A stretch of DNA of 63,852 nt, the filler included, from Octopus bimaculoides (taxonomy: Eukaryota), in the NCBI RefSeq assembly GCF_001194135.2. It is 3 parts of 3 records of this genome, joined end to end, with 100 filler letters (N's around TTAATTAATTAA, not from the genome) between each part and the next. Parts side by side here need not be neighbours in the genome. Positions count along the whole stretch, not along the records: positions 46,186 to 63,852 come from NC_068984.1; 2 more parts are not named here. One strand, given 5' to 3'. How positions within the stretch are numbered: the stretch's first letter is position 1; every line of letters starts with the position of its first letter. Both the position numbers and the translations under genes were made by a program. Shown piece by piece: positions 63,621 through 63,852 of the stretch. Below the pieces are notes generated by a model. The model made no database searches and had not been told where the DNA came from. It saw only the letters and a list, made by a program, of their open reading frames with translations.

Positions 63621-63852
63621 TCATCATCATCATCATCATCATCGTTTAACGTCCGCTTTCCATGCTAGCATGGGTTGGACGATTTGACTGAGGACTGGTG
63701 AAACCGGATGGCAACACCAGGCTCCAGTCCGATTTGGCAGAGTTTCTACAGCTGGATGCCCTTCCTAACGCCAACCACTCAGAGAGTGTAGTGGGTGCTT
63801 TTACGTGTCACCCGCACGAAAACGGCCACGCTCGAAATGGTGTCTTTTATGT
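63621..63852 (-). mobile_element. Young RTE-associated 3' tail copy running off the window
   Basis: Near-identical to 55183-55418. Confidence 0.9.

Overview
Gapped, AT-rich, repeat-dense metazoan DNA. The SINE/RTE repertoire and microsatellite load suggest an octopus-like cephalopod; this is inference, not a search result. The window is not one natural locus: two artificial 100-bp linkers (44 N + TTAATTAATTAA + 44 N, at 21206-21305 and 46086-46185) join three pieces. Piece 1 (1-21205) has no recognisable conserved gene, only SINEs, LINE/Penelope remnants, a complete non-autonomous Helitron, a 259-bp palindrome and microsatellites. Piece 2 (21306-46085) carries five internal exons of EIF2B5 (eIF2B epsilon, minus strand) among mariner/Tc1, piggyBac, Helitron, RTE and a near-full-length decayed CRE-clade retrotransposon. 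Piece 3 (46186-63852) carries nine internal exons of XPOT (exportin-T, plus strand); one expected exon is absent and probably lies in a gap. All exons have GT-AG boundaries. Phases fit across every junction within each gene. I found no clearly new coding system. The best leads are RNA-level or transposon-level: near-identical inverted repeats across XPOT introns, hammerhead-like motifs at Penelope/SINE ends, a 91-bp mini-Helitron, a piggyBac remnant with matching MITEs, and same-orientation SINE stacking. Family assignments come from recalled motifs and need database confirmation. Repeat boundaries are approximate unless termini are quoted.
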